Source: Pseudomonadota bacterium
GTDB lineage: Bacteria; Pseudomonadota; Gammaproteobacteria; JAKAQQ01
Assembly (NCBI GenBank): GCA_021839245.1
Contig: JAKCBQ010000003.1
Span: forward strand, 13,970 to 77,969
Length of the DNA stretch: 64,000 nt
Reading direction: 5' to 3'
Position numbers and translations under genes: made by a program. Shown in pieces: positions 1-10,291 of the stretch. Every line of letters starts with the position of its first letter. Positions within the stretch are counted from its first letter, which is position 1. A model generated the notes under the pieces. That model was given only the letters and a program-made list of their open reading frames with translations, was not told the origin of the DNA and did no database searches.

Positions 1-591
1 CTCAACGACAAACCGTGGTTCCAGTGGTTCGGGAGCGGCACCTGGAACGAGCATCGGACACGGCGTGTCGGTCTGATCGGGGCCGCGATCACGATGATCT
101 TCGTCGGGCTGACCTACAACTACTATCGGGGCTCGATCTTCACGCCGTTCCACGGAGGGCCCGTGAGTCCCGCCAAGCACGCGATTCGACTCAGCCGGGG
201 CACGCTGCGCCAAGACGGTGAGGTACGCTTCCTGGCCGACGTCGACGCCGGAACCGCGGCCGAGCCCTCGAACATCGTCAACATCCTTTTGACGACCCCA
301 CGGGGCCGGCTCGTCGAACGCTGGAATTCACGGGCTCTTCGGACGCTGCCAAAACAGGACATCAAAAATATTTTTGCCTACAACAAGTTCGTGACGGCCT
401 ACGCGGGCTTGGGAGCCAAAGTCGGTGCCCAGGCCTGGATCACTCTCCCACCAGGGATTTCGGGGAGCACGCTCAAAATGGGGTCGTACCGGCTCGTCGT
501 GCGCACGGTCAACGGGCACAGCTTCCGTCTTCCCCTGACACTCTCCACCCGTGAGACGGCGGGAAAACATCCGGTGTCTCCGCCTCGCTGA
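1..591 (+). CDS. Thiosulfate:quinone oxidoreductase DoxDA-family protein, 3' part (runs off the window start)
   Basis: Frame 1 is open from base 1. A TM helix is followed by YNYYRGSIFTPFHGGPVSP...IKNIFAYNKF...GLGAKVGAQAWITLP, which resembles the DoxA-like C-terminal domain of fused bacterial TQOs. Confidence 0.65.
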   Translation, partial: LNDKPWFQWFGSGTWNEHRTRRVGLIGAAITMIFVGLTYNYYRGSIFTPFHGGPVSPAKHAIRLSRGTLRQDGEVRFLADVDAGTAAEPSNIVNILLTTPRGRLVERWNSRALRTLPKQDIKNIFAYNKFVTAYAGLGAKVGAQAWITLPPGISGSTLKMGSYRLVVRTVNGHSFRLPLTLSTRETAGKHPVSPPR

Positions 592-756
592 ACACGAGAA
601 AACGGAGCCGTCCGTGCCTCGGGCCGGGCGGCTCCGCCCGCGGAGCGGGCAAGGATGACAAGGGATCCGTGTACGGTTCTCCGAGACACGAACCCGATCG
701 CCCTTGGCCATGACCCGGGGCGATGGCCAAGGAAACCGCCCAGTCCACGCTTGAAA

Positions 757-2415
757 TCAGAGGAAGGTACGATCCAGAATCCGTTCGCCCTCCCCCACCT
801 GTGGCGTCAACCCCGCCACCGATCCCCAAGAGGCATGATCGAGGCGGCTCCTGAGGAACGAGGGGTAAAGATCACCATCGAGAATCGTGCGCAGTTCGAA
901 GGCTTGTGCAACCAAGACCAACCGAGCGGACAAGAGGCGTGCGAGAGCGGGTTCGGCGACGGCGTCATACGCCAGCCGAACGAGGTCGTGGACGGCCCGT
1001 CGGAGCCCCGGATCACCGCCCGATCGGCGTTCCCAATCCGCGAAGAGTGCGCGCGATTCCTCCGGATAGACCCGTAGTGTCCGCAGCACATCGAGACACA
1101 CGACGTTCCCTGAGCCCTCCCATATAGAATTGACCGGCGCCTCGCGGTAGAAGCGCGCCAGAGCACTTTCTTCGACGTACCCGTTCCCGCCGAGGATCTC
1201 CGCGCATTCCGCCAGCGCGGAAACCGTGCGCTTGCACACCCAGAACTTGGCGGCAGGGACAAGAAGACGACGCGCGACAACATCCAACGGATCGGTTCCT
1301 TCGCTCAACCGGGCGAGGGCCACACCAAGAGATGTGGCGGACGCGCTTTCAAGCGCAAGATCCGCAAGGACGGATACCATGAGCGGCTGATCGACGAGCC
1401 GACGGCCGAACGCCATGCGGGCACGAGTGTAGTGAACCGCCTCGGTCAGTCCCTGACGCAGCAACGCCGCGCTTCCCAGGACGTTGTCGAGACGGGTCGT
1501 TCCGGCCATCTCCATGAGAAGAGCGAGCCCACGCCCCGGCTCCCCGAGCCGGTACGCCCAGGCATTCTCGAACACCGCCTCGGCCGTCGCATTGCCACGG
1601 TTACCGACCTTGTCCTTGAGACGCTCGAGGAAGATCGTGTTGCGACTCCCGTCCGGAAGAACGCGCGGCACGCAGTAACAGCCAAAACGGTCTTGCCCGT
1701 CTCGGGCAAGAACGAGGTGGGCATCGGATTGCGGCGCAGAGAAAAACCATTTGCGGCCCGACAAACGATAAAGCCGGGAACCGTCGGACCGCCCGACGGG
1801 CGTCGCCCGTGTCGTGACGCGGCGAAGATCGGAGCCGCCCTGAATCTCGGTGAGACCCATCCCGACCAGACCACTCGTCTTGCCGGCGAGAGGCCGCTCG
1901 GACGGATCGTAGGTTCGCCCGCCAAGAGCCCCACCGACGGCACGCCAAAGAGTATCCTCACGCTCGAGAAGCGGGATAGCGGCGTAGGTCATCGTCGTCG
2001 GGCAAAGCGTGGCGGCGTCGATCCGGCCGTGCAGGAGATAGAGGGCGGCCCGCGCTACCGAGCTTCCTTTGCGCGCCCCCGCGCCCGCGGGGATGTGAAG
2101 TCCTGCTTCGACACACGAGCCCTGAAGCGCATGCCAGGCGGGGTGGAAGACCAGCCGGTCGATACGGCGACCGCGCGAATCGTAACGCTCAAGCCGTGGC
2201 GGGACCAGATCCGCCTCACGGGCCAGAGCCCGCCAAGACGGGTCCGCCAACCTCTGACCTTCGGCCCGGAGCGTGTCCTCGGCCCATCCACACTTGTGAC
2301 GCGCAACCGCCGCGCGAAGAACAGGATCGTCGAGATAAAGACTCCCGCAGCTCCACTCCGGGACGACGTTCTCCTGCGGCCAAGAGAACACAACATCGGA
2401 AGTTTCTGTGCCCAC
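757..2415 (-). CDS. Acyl-CoA dehydrogenase, AidB-like
   Basis: Motifs FHPAWH, CPTTMT, GMGLTEIQGGSD, KWFFSAP, LKDKVGNR, GGNGYVEE and YREAPVNSIWEGSGNV. Confidence 0.9.
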   Translation of the reverse strand: MGTETSDVVFSWPQENVVPEWSCGSLYLDDPVLRAAVARHKCGWAEDTLRAEGQRLADPSWRALAREADLVPPRLERYDSRGRRIDRLVFHPAWHALQGSCVEAGLHIPAGAGARKGSSVARAALYLLHGRIDAATLCPTTMTYAAIPLLEREDTLWRAVGGALGGRTYDPSERPLAGKTSGLVGMGLTEIQGGSDLRRVTTRATPVGRSDGSRLYRLSGRKWFFSAPQSDAHLVLARDGQDRFGCYCVPRVLPDGSRNTIFLERLKDKVGNRGNATAEAVFENAWAYRLGEPGRGLALLMEMAGTTRLDNVLGSAALLRQGLTEAVHYTRARMAFGRRLVDQPLMVSVLADLALESASATSLGVALARLSEGTDPLDVVARRLLVPAAKFWVCKRTVSALAECAEILGGNGYVEESALARFYREAPVNSIWEGSGNVVCLDVLRTLRVYPEESRALFADWERRSGGDPGLRRAVHDLVRLAYDAVAEPALARLLSARLVLVAQAFELRTILDGDLYPSFLRSRLDHASWGSVAGLTPQVGEGERILDRTFL

Positions 2416-2679
2416 GATACGAATCTCCGGTCACACCCGAAAGACATTACAGCTTACTCTTTCCGGGGATGGGAGGACTCGCAACTCCGGTGGCTCGACG
2501 ACAGAACACGTGCCTCAGGACGACAGGAATAGAGCCCAGCGCACGCGACGAAGGCCGAGACCCGACACACACTCTGCGTTGGGTGCGAACGACCCTCACA
2601 AGTCGCCGCGATCTCGGGGAAGCACCGCGGAAGGAAGTAGACTTGAACGGCTGATTCAGTGTGGTGTGGGAGAGCCGAC

Positions 2680-4092
2680 GTGAACGCCTTGATCCTTTCG
2701 CGCATCCAATTCGCCCTCACGGCCATGTTCCACATCCTCTGGCCGGTTCTCACGATCGGTCTTTCCATCTTCCTCGTCATCCTCGAGGCGCTTTGGATCC
2801 GCACGGGTCGGGACGATTACTACCGCCACGCCCGGTTCTGGAGCAAGCTCTTCATCCTCAACTTCGGGATTGGGGTGGCTTCCGGCGTTCCTCTCGAGTT
2901 CGAGTTCGGCGCCAACTGGTCGCATTTCTCGACCGTGGCCGGGGACTTCTTCGGCAACATCCTGGGATTCGAAGGCGCGATGGCCTTCATGCTCGAGGCG
3001 GGATTTCTCGGCCTCATGCTTTTCGGTTGGCGGAGACTCAACCCCAAGATTCATCTCTTTGCCACCACCATGGTGGCGCTCGGCGCTTCGCTCTCGGCTT
3101 TCTGGATCATGGTGGCGAACAGCTGGATGCAAACGCCCGCGGGCGGATATTTTGCCCGCGGCCACTTCGTAATCACAAACTACCTCGCCGCGATCTTCAA
3201 TCCCGACACCCTTTGGTCCGTGACCCACATGTGGGTCGCTTGCCTCGAAACGAGTCTTTTGGTCATCGCGGGCTTGTCGGCATGGTTCATCCGCCGGGGA
3301 CGGGCCAAAGAGTTTTTTCTCGTGTCCCTGCGCCTGGCCCTCATCACGGCCCTCGTTGTGGCTCCGACCCAGATCTGGCTCGGCGACGGAAGCGGGCGGA
3401 CCGTCTTCCGCTATCAGCCGGCCAAAGGAGCGGCCATCGAAGGACATTGGACGACGAACGCCCCCGGGCACGGCGCCGCTTGGGCTCTCGTCGCCTGGCC
3501 CGACCAAAGTGCCCAACGGAATCTTTGGGCGATCAAGATTCCCCACGCTCTGAGTCTTCTCGCCACACACCGCTGGAACGGACGGGTGGTGGGCCTGCGC
3601 CGCTTTCCGCGTGCCGATCAGCCGCCCCTCTTGCCCCTTCTCTTCTACGCTTTTCGGATCATGGTCGCGATCGGTTTCATCGTTCTTGGCCTGGCGCTCT
3701 GGAGCGCGTGGCTGTGGTGGCGCCACGAACTGGTTCCGGAGCGCGTCGGCCACCACCGCCGTTGGCTCACAGCCTGGATTTTGGCTCTTCCTCTCGGGTA
3801 CGTTGCGGTTGAATGCGGCTGGATCGTGCGCGAGGTTGGGCGTCAGCCCTGGATCATTTACGGCATCATGCGCACCGCTCAGGGGGTCTCGAAGATCCCG
3901 ACGGGCGACGTCCTCTTCTCGTCCCTTGGTTACATCATTCTCTACAGTCTTCTCGTGACCGCTTTCGTGGTTTTCTTCCGCCGCATCATGCGTCAAGGCC
4001 CCGACCTCACACTGACCCCACCTCCGCTTCATCCGCCCGTACCTTTTGCCCTGGACGCCCAAGCCAAGCCGCACGCTCTGGAGGACGACTGA
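2680..4092 (+). CDS. cydA: Cytochrome bd ubiquinol oxidase subunit I
   Basis: LSRIQFALTAMFHILW, FEFGANWS, ANSWMQTP, QPAKGAAIEG and GWIVREVGRQPW; GTG start chosen after GGGAG. Confidence 0.95.
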   Translation: MNALILSRIQFALTAMFHILWPVLTIGLSIFLVILEALWIRTGRDDYYRHARFWSKLFILNFGIGVASGVPLEFEFGANWSHFSTVAGDFFGNILGFEGAMAFMLEAGFLGLMLFGWRRLNPKIHLFATTMVALGASLSAFWIMVANSWMQTPAGGYFARGHFVITNYLAAIFNPDTLWSVTHMWVACLETSLLVIAGLSAWFIRRGRAKEFFLVSLRLALITALVVAPTQIWLGDGSGRTVFRYQPAKGAAIEGHWTTNAPGHGAAWALVAWPDQSAQRNLWAIKIPHALSLLATHRWNGRVVGLRRFPRADQPPLLPLLFYAFRIMVAIGFIVLGLALWSAWLWWRHELVPERVGHHRRWLTAWILALPLGYVAVECGWIVREVGRQPWIIYGIMRTAQGVSKIPTGDVLFSSLGYIILYSLLVTAFVVFFRRIMRQGPDLTLTPPPLHPPVPFALDAQAKPHALEDD

Positions 4093-4093
4093 C

Positions 4094-5110
4094 ATGCTCA
4101 CGGTTCACAGCTTCCTCGTCACGGTGTGGTTTCTCCTTCTCGGCGTGATCCTCGCACTCTACGTCATCCTCGACGGATTCACGATTGGTGTCGGGATGCT
4201 GAGTCTGTTCTCCCCCACGGAAGAACGGCGCTCGGTCCTGATCGCGACGCTCGGTAGCGTCTGGGACGCGAATGAAACCTGGCTCATCCTCCTGGGGGGG
4301 GCTTTGTTCGGCGCTTTCCCCGTCGTGTACGGCCTGATTCTCCACGCCCTCTACATTCCGCTCTCGCTTCTTCTCTTCGCTCTCATCATTCGCGCCGCAT
4401 CTTTCGAGTTCCGCGAGCACGCGCACAACAAGAAGGGCTGGAACCTGGGGTTCAGCGGTGCCAGCGCCCTGATCGCTTTGAGCCAGGGGCTGATCCTCGG
4501 CGATCTCATCCACGGGCTTCCTCTTCGCCACGGGCACTACATCGGAGGCACTTGGGGATGGATCCACCCCTTCTCGCTGGCCGTTGCGGTGGGTGTCCTG
4601 GCCGGCTACGGGCTTCTCGGAGCCACCTATCTTGTCCTGAGAACCGAGGATCCTATCCAGGGGCGTGCCCGGATCGCGAGCTACTGGTTGGCGGGGGTGA
4701 CCTTCGTTGTGGCCCTCCTCGTGACCGTCTGGACGCCGCTGAGTTATCCGCGCATCGCGCACGAGTGGTTCGGACCCCGCTTTTGGCTCTTTGTCTGGCT
4801 TCCCCTGATCGCCGTCGGGGCGTTTGCCCTGCTCATCCGGTCGCTCAGACGCGGTCATGAAGCGCTTCCCTTCGTCGCCACCGTCATCATCTTTCTGGCC
4901 TCGTTCGGCGGACTGGCCACGAGCCTCTATCCGGACATCGTGCCGCCCTCCCTCACCCTCAAAGAGGCGGCGTCCGGCTCTCTCACTCTGGTCTTCATGC
5001 TCACGGGCATCGGCATTCTCCTTCCGATCATGTTGGTCTACAACGGCTACCAGTATCTTGTCTTTCGCGGCAAAGTCCGCATTGGGGAGAGCGCCTACAG
5101 CCACGAGTGA
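4094..5110 (+). CDS. cydB: Cytochrome bd ubiquinol oxidase subunit II
   Basis: YVILDGFTIGVG, WDANETWL, FEFR and YLVFRGKV; directly follows cydA. Confidence 0.95.
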   Translation: MLTVHSFLVTVWFLLLGVILALYVILDGFTIGVGMLSLFSPTEERRSVLIATLGSVWDANETWLILLGGALFGAFPVVYGLILHALYIPLSLLLFALIIRAASFEFREHAHNKKGWNLGFSGASALIALSQGLILGDLIHGLPLRHGHYIGGTWGWIHPFSLAVAVGVLAGYGLLGATYLVLRTEDPIQGRARIASYWLAGVTFVVALLVTVWTPLSYPRIAHEWFGPRFWLFVWLPLIAVGAFALLIRSLRRGHEALPFVATVIIFLASFGGLATSLYPDIVPPSLTLKEAASGSLTLVFMLTGIGILLPIMLVYNGYQYLVFRGKVRIGESAYSHE

Positions 5111-5256
5111 ACGGGCAGGAAAGGCCACACCCTCAGACGCTTCGATCTCCGGAAGAGCCCTGCCACGAGCCACGGTTTCTGCTCAGGCTGGATATAATGA
5201 CCGTGCTGGACATCAGGAAATCGCGTCGGGGAACCGGGACGAGGATCCGAAATCAA

Positions 5257-5333
5257 GGCTACGTAGCTCAGCCGGTTAGAGCGCGGCACTCATAATGCTG
5301 AGGTCGGTGGTTCGAGCCCACCCGTAGCCACCA
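5257..5333 (+). tRNA. tRNA-Met (CAT), elongator type
   Basis: GGCTACG/CGTAGCC acceptor stem, CTCATAA anticodon loop, GGTTCGAG T-loop and encoded CCA. Confidence 0.97.
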
Positions 5334-5753
5334 CTTCAGAGTCAATGTTGAGACGGGTCTTCTCAATGACAAGGCGAAGACACCCATCCGTAATGGCTCC
5401 CTCGGCGCAGAGGGCGGGCTTGAGATGTTCCCATTCATTGACCGGGGTGCACAGCGCTTCGCCTGCGCCGTCGAGATCGTGTTCAAGGAGCACTGCATAA
5501 GGCGCCCAGGGGTTCGTTTCGACTCGCATGGTCATAGAACTTCTACTCCTTGCTCAAGATCATCGTGTCAGACCTCCCACGCAAACACGCTGCCCACGAG
5601 GTCGGTGCAGAATTGACGAAAAGAACGATACACAACTCATCCAGCGCACACGCGCAATCTGCAACTGTTGACATCAACACTCGAGAGTCGGCTTCAACCC
5701 TACACAGACCCATCCTCTGGACTCACCCGCCCCCTTGAGCGTTCTGTTGATGC

Positions 5754-5781
5754 AACAGTTTGTTACAAACAGTTTGTTACA
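5754..5781. repeat. Perfect 14-bp tandem direct repeat (AACAGTTTGTTACA x2) upstream of the RND operon; possible operator
   Basis: Directly visible AT-rich repeat ~160 bp before the MFP start; the regulatory role is inferred. Confidence 0.5.
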
Positions 5782-5939
5782 GAAAGAGGAGCCTGAATTC
5801 CGCTCAACCGTCATCGGTATCTTTACACTATGAGCATGCCGACCCCGCACGCATCCAGTCGAACAGACTCTCCTTGGAGAGTCCGCCGTTGCTTCTCTCA
5901 CTTTGTCCGCGGCGCCCGTCGCACGCAGGAGATCTGAAC

Positions 5940-7103
5940 GTGAAACAGAAATACCGCTGGCCCCTCCTGGGCGGCGCGCTCCTCATCATTGTGCTCGTCG
6001 TGGTGGTCTTAGGATTGCTCTCCTCGAAGAGTACTCCCTTGAAGAGAGGAGCCACTCCTGTTCCGATCGAAGTCGCCGTGGCGCGCCGGGCCACGGTCCC
6101 CGTCTATCTCCGCGCACTCGGAACGGTCGTCCCGTACCGCACGGTCACCGTCGAACCGATGATCACCGGACCTCTTCTCCATGTGTATTTTCACGAGGGG
6201 CAAAACATCCGCCAAGGCCAACTTCTCGCGGAAATCGATCCAAAGCCCTTCGCGGCCGCCTTGCGCCAGGCCCAGGCCAAACTCGCACAGGATGAGGCGA
6301 CCCTCGAAAGCGATGCGCTCACCGCGCAGCAGGACGCGTTGCTCGTCAAGAAGGGGTTTGTCTCCCGTCAAACGTACATTGCCGCACGTTCCGCCTGGCT
6401 GGCCGCCAAGGCACAAATCAAACAAGACCAGGCGAGCATCGAGACCGCGCAGATCAATCTCGGATACACCCGTATCGCGGCCCCCGTGTCCGGACGCACC
6501 GGGATTCTGCAGGTTGATCCGGGAAATATCGTGACCCCGAATCTTCCCAACGGCATCGTCACAATCAACACGCTTCAACCCATTTACATCCAGTTCAGTC
6601 TCCCCCAGAAAGATCTCAACGCCATCAACCGTGCGATGTCCACCGGGGACGTCCCCTTGCTTGCAACACGCAAAGGAGCCGGCATCAAAGCCGCGGAGAT
6701 CGATCGCGGCGTGCTCACGGTGCTCGACAACCAGATCAACGCCAGCACCGGGACCCTGACGTTGAGAGGACGCTTCCCGAATCCCAACCTGGACCTCTGG
6801 CCCGGTGCCTACGCCAACGTGCGCGTGCAAATCCGTACCCTCAAGAACGTCGTCGTTGTCCCGTCGGTAGCAGTGCAAGAAGGACCGGCCGGTTCCTTCG
6901 TGTACCTCGTGACAGGAGACGCCCGGGCGCCCCACGGACCAAAGGTGGCGATGCATCCGGTGACCGTTCGCTACGAAAGCGGATCCCTGGCCGTGATCGG
7001 CTCCGGGCTTGCACCGGGCAGCACCGTCGTCACGGAGGGAGGATCCCAGATTCGCGCTCACGTACCGGTCAAGATCGTCGGCCACACGTCCTTCACACCG
7101 TGA
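5940..7103 (+). CDS. RND efflux periplasmic adaptor (MFP), MdtA-like
   Basis: N-terminal TM anchor, ALGTVVPY, FHEGQ..GQLLAEIDP, YTRIAAPVSGRTG, DNQINASTGT and LWPG; AGGAG precedes the GTG. Confidence 0.9.
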   Translation: MKQKYRWPLLGGALLIIVLVVVVLGLLSSKSTPLKRGATPVPIEVAVARRATVPVYLRALGTVVPYRTVTVEPMITGPLLHVYFHEGQNIRQGQLLAEIDPKPFAAALRQAQAKLAQDEATLESDALTAQQDALLVKKGFVSRQTYIAARSAWLAAKAQIKQDQASIETAQINLGYTRIAAPVSGRTGILQVDPGNIVTPNLPNGIVTINTLQPIYIQFSLPQKDLNAINRAMSTGDVPLLATRKGAGIKAAEIDRGVLTVLDNQINASTGTLTLRGRFPNPNLDLWPGAYANVRVQIRTLKNVVVVPSVAVQEGPAGSFVYLVTGDARAPHGPKVAMHPVTVRYESGSLAVIGSGLAPGSTVVTEGGSQIRAHVPVKIVGHTSFTP

Positions 7104-10100
7104 ACATTTCGGGCCCTTTCATCGCGCGCCCCGTCGCGACCAGCCTCCTCGCGATCGCGGTGCTCCTCACCGGGATTCTGGGCTACATGGCGCTGCCTGT
7201 CTCGTCGTTGCCGCAGGTCTCGTTCCCAACGATCCAGGTCGTGACCAAACTGCCGGGCGCCTCACCGGACACGGTCTCGAAGCTGATCACTGCGCCTCTC
7301 GAGAGGCAGTTCGGAGAAATCGCCGGTCTTGCCGCGATGAGTTCGGTCTCGGGAGAGGGAACGAGCGCGATCACGCTTCGCTTCTCACTCAGTGTGTCCA
7401 TGTCCACGGCAGCGCAGGACGTGCAAGCTGCGATCAACGCCGCCGCAGGCGAGCTCCCGCCGAACCTCCAGTACCCGCCGGTTTACCGCGAGGTCAACCC
7501 GGCCGACGCTCCGATTCTGACACTCGCCCTGACGTCACGCACGCTTCCGCTCTACCGGGTGGCGAACATCGCTCAGACGATGTTTTTGCAGAAACTTTCG
7601 GAAATTCAAGGTGTCGGCGAGGTCACCATCGCCGGAGGCTTGCGCAAAGCCTTGCGCATCAACGTCAACCCGATCGAGCTTGCGGCGTACGGGCTCTCTC
7701 TTGAGGACGTTCGTAACGCGGTCGCCAACGCCAACCAGGCCGGAGCCACCGGCGGCCTGCAGGGCGCCAACCAGGCCTACGCCATCGGGACCAACGACCA
7801 ACTCGCACTCGCACGTCAATACAGGCGTCTTCTGATCGCTTACCGTAACGGAGCGCCGGTCACGCTCGCCTCGGTCGGTTCCGTCTCCGCCGGCCTCGAA
7901 AACAACCAGGAGCTCGCCAGTTACAACAACGTCCCGGCTGTGGTTCTCAGCATCCATCGCCAGCCGGGCGCCAACATCGTCAGCACCGTCGGTCGTGTAG
8001 AAGGCGCCCTGAGCCACCTCAGGACGCTCCTCCCCCACGGTGTTCATCTCGACGTCGTGGCCAATCGAACCGGCACGATCAAAGCGTCCGTGAGAGACGT
8101 TCAGCTCACGCTCGTTGTGGCCATGCTGCTCGTCATTCTCGTCATTTTTCTCTTCCTGCCCAACCCACGCGCCACCCTGATCCCGGCGGTGGCGTTGCCG
8201 CTATCGATCATCGGCACGTTTGCGGTCATGTACGGTCTGGGATACCAGCTGGACAATCTCTCCCTGATGGCGCTCACGGTCGCCACAGGCTTTGTCGTCG
8301 ACGACGCCATCGTCATGATCGAGAACATCGTGCGATTCGTGGAAGCCGGCGAACCCCCCCTGCGGGCGGCGTATCTCGGAGCCGGCCAGATCGGCTTCAC
8401 GATCGTCTCGTTGACCGTCTCCCTGGTGGCCGTTTTCATCCCCCTCCTCTTCATGACCGGGGTCATCGGGAGGCTGTTTTCCGAGTTCGCGGTCACGCTC
8501 TCCGTCGCCGTGGTGGTCTCGGCGCTCGTGTCCTTGACGCTCACCCCGATGATGGGTGCGCGTCTCCTCAAGTCGGCGGCAGAGGTGCGCCCAAACTTCC
8601 TCGCGCGCAAGGCGGAGGGGGCCCTCGAGCACACGCGTCAGGCTTACGCACGCGCTCTGGATTGGTGTCTTCGTCACCGAGGGTTCATGCTGGCGGTCTT
8701 CGGTGGGACGGTAGCGTTGACGGCGGTTCTCTTCGTCGTCGTCCCCAAAGCGCTTCTGCCCGAAGTCGACACCGGTGAGATCGTCGCCGTGACAGAAGGA
8801 GCTCAAAGCATTTCGCTCCCCGCGATGGCGCACCTCCAGAACCGGGCGGTCGCGGTCATCATGCACAACCCGTATGTCGCGGGCGTAACGTCCCTGGTCG
8901 GAGCCGGTGCCACCAATCCGACCCCCAACACCGGGCGGCTCACGATTGTTCTCAAACCCCTCGGCCATCGCCCGGGCATCAACACCGTCATGGGCGAACT
9001 GCGGCATTCGCTCAAAGAGTTACCGGGATTGCAGTTCTACATGCAGCCCGTTCAGGACATCACCCTGTCCTCGCGCGTCACGCCGGCCCAATACCAATAC
9101 ACACTCACGGACACCAACGCCGCGGAACTCCGCGTCTGGGCCAAGCGGATCAAGATGGCCTTGCAGGCGCAACACGAGATTCGTGACGTCACGAGCGACC
9201 AAATGAACCGCGGGCTCGAAGCCCAAGTGGATGTGAACCGAACGACGGCCGCACGGCTCGGGGTGACCATGGCGACGATCGAGAACATTCTCTACGACGC
9301 CTTCGGCCAACGCCAGATCACAACCGTCTACACCAGCAACGCTCAATACCGCGTCGTTCTGGGCGTGGGCCCGCGTTGGGCCACCTCTCCCGCCGCGCTC
9401 GAGAATATCTATGTCCCGACGGGGGCTCCGGCGGGCTCGTCCGTCGGCGCCGGCGGACCGGCCTCAGCGGTCAGCGGAAGCTCCACTCTCGGGTTTGCTT
9501 CCACCTCCGCCACCCCGAGCCCCGAGGTTCCGCTGGGCACCATCGCCCGCATCCGCGTTCGCCACACACCTCTTGTGATCACTCGCGAAAACCAGTTCCC
9601 TTCCGTCACGTTGAGTTTCAATACCGCATCAGGGGTCAGCCTCGGCACGGCCGAATCGGTCGTCCGACACATCGAGCGTCGTCTGCGCGTCCCCGCGTCG
9701 GTGGAAGGAACGTTCTCCGGCGCCGCGGCGGAGTTCCAGAAATCTCTCACCGACGAGCCTTGGCTCATCTTGGCCGCCGTCATCGTCATCTACATCGTGC
9801 TCGGGGTCTTGTACGAAAACCCGATCCATCCCATCACGATTCTGTCGACGCTGCCGTCCGCCGGAGTCGGGGCGTTTCTCGCCCTGATGCTCACAGGCAC
9901 ACCGTTCACGATCGTGGCCCTGGTGGGGATCGTCCTCCTCATGGGCATCGTCAAGAAAAACGGCATCATCATGGTCGATTTCGCCATCGAAGCCGAGCGC
10001 GAGCGGGGGCTCTCCCCCACGGAGGCCATCACGGAGGCCGCGCTTCTGCGGTTTCGCCCGATCATGATGACGACGATGGCGGCCCTTCTGGGCGCCGTCC

Positions 10101-10288
10101 CCCTGGTGTTTGAAGGCGGAGCGGGTTGGGAACTCCGCGAACCCCTGGGGATCACCATCATCGGGGGATTGCTTCTCAGCCAGGTTCTGACACTCTTCAC
10201 CACCCCGGTCATCTATCTCGCCCTCGACCGGCTGCAAAAGCATCCCGCCCCCGCCGCGCCGATCGGGCTCGCTCAACCGGCGGTTTGA
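7100..10288 (+). CDS. RND efflux permease, MdtB-like
   Basis: FIARPVATSLL, NPADAPI, GFVVDDAIVMIENI, GIVKKNGI and LLRFRPIMMTT. Confidence 0.93.
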   Translation: MNISGPFIARPVATSLLAIAVLLTGILGYMALPVSSLPQVSFPTIQVVTKLPGASPDTVSKLITAPLERQFGEIAGLAAMSSVSGEGTSAITLRFSLSVSMSTAAQDVQAAINAAAGELPPNLQYPPVYREVNPADAPILTLALTSRTLPLYRVANIAQTMFLQKLSEIQGVGEVTIAGGLRKALRINVNPIELAAYGLSLEDVRNAVANANQAGATGGLQGANQAYAIGTNDQLALARQYRRLLIAYRNGAPVTLASVGSVSAGLENNQELASYNNVPAVVLSIHRQPGANIVSTVGRVEGALSHLRTLLPHGVHLDVVANRTGTIKASVRDVQLTLVVAMLLVILVIFLFLPNPRATLIPAVALPLSIIGTFAVMYGLGYQLDNLSLMALTVATGFVVDDAIVMIENIVRFVEAGEPPLRAAYLGAGQIGFTIVSLTVSLVAVFIPLLFMTGVIGRLFSEFAVTLSVAVVVSALVSLTLTPMMGARLLKSAAEVRPNFLARKAEGALEHTRQAYARALDWCLRHRGFMLAVFGGTVALTAVLFVVVPKALLPEVDTGEIVAVTEGAQSISLPAMAHLQNRAVAVIMHNPYVAGVTSLVGAGATNPTPNTGRLTIVLKPLGHRPGINTVMGELRHSLKELPGLQFYMQPVQDITLSSRVTPAQYQYTLTDTNAAELRVWAKRIKMALQAQHEIRDVTSDQMNRGLEAQVDVNRTTAARLGVTMATIENILYDAFGQRQITTVYTSNAQYRVVLGVGPRWATSPAALENIYVPTGAPAGSSVGAGGPASAVSGSSTLGFASTSATPSPEVPLGTIARIRVRHTPLVITRENQFPSVTLSFNTASGVSLGTAESVVRHIERRLRVPASVEGTFSGAAAEFQKSLTDEPWLILAAVIVIYIVLGVLYENPIHPITILSTLPSAGVGAFLALMLTGTPFTIVALVGIVLLMGIVKKNGIIMVDFAIEAERERGLSPTEAITEAALLRFRPIMMTTMAALLGAVPLVFEGGAGWELREPLGITIIGGLLLSQVLTLFTTPVIYLALDRLQKHPAPAAPIGLAQPAV

Positions 10289-10291
10289 AAC

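Noticed and set aside
5290..5535. 81-aa minus-strand ORF with an AGGAG upstream
   Set aside because: It runs into the tRNA gene and has no recognisable family; at most a truncated remnant at the island boundary.
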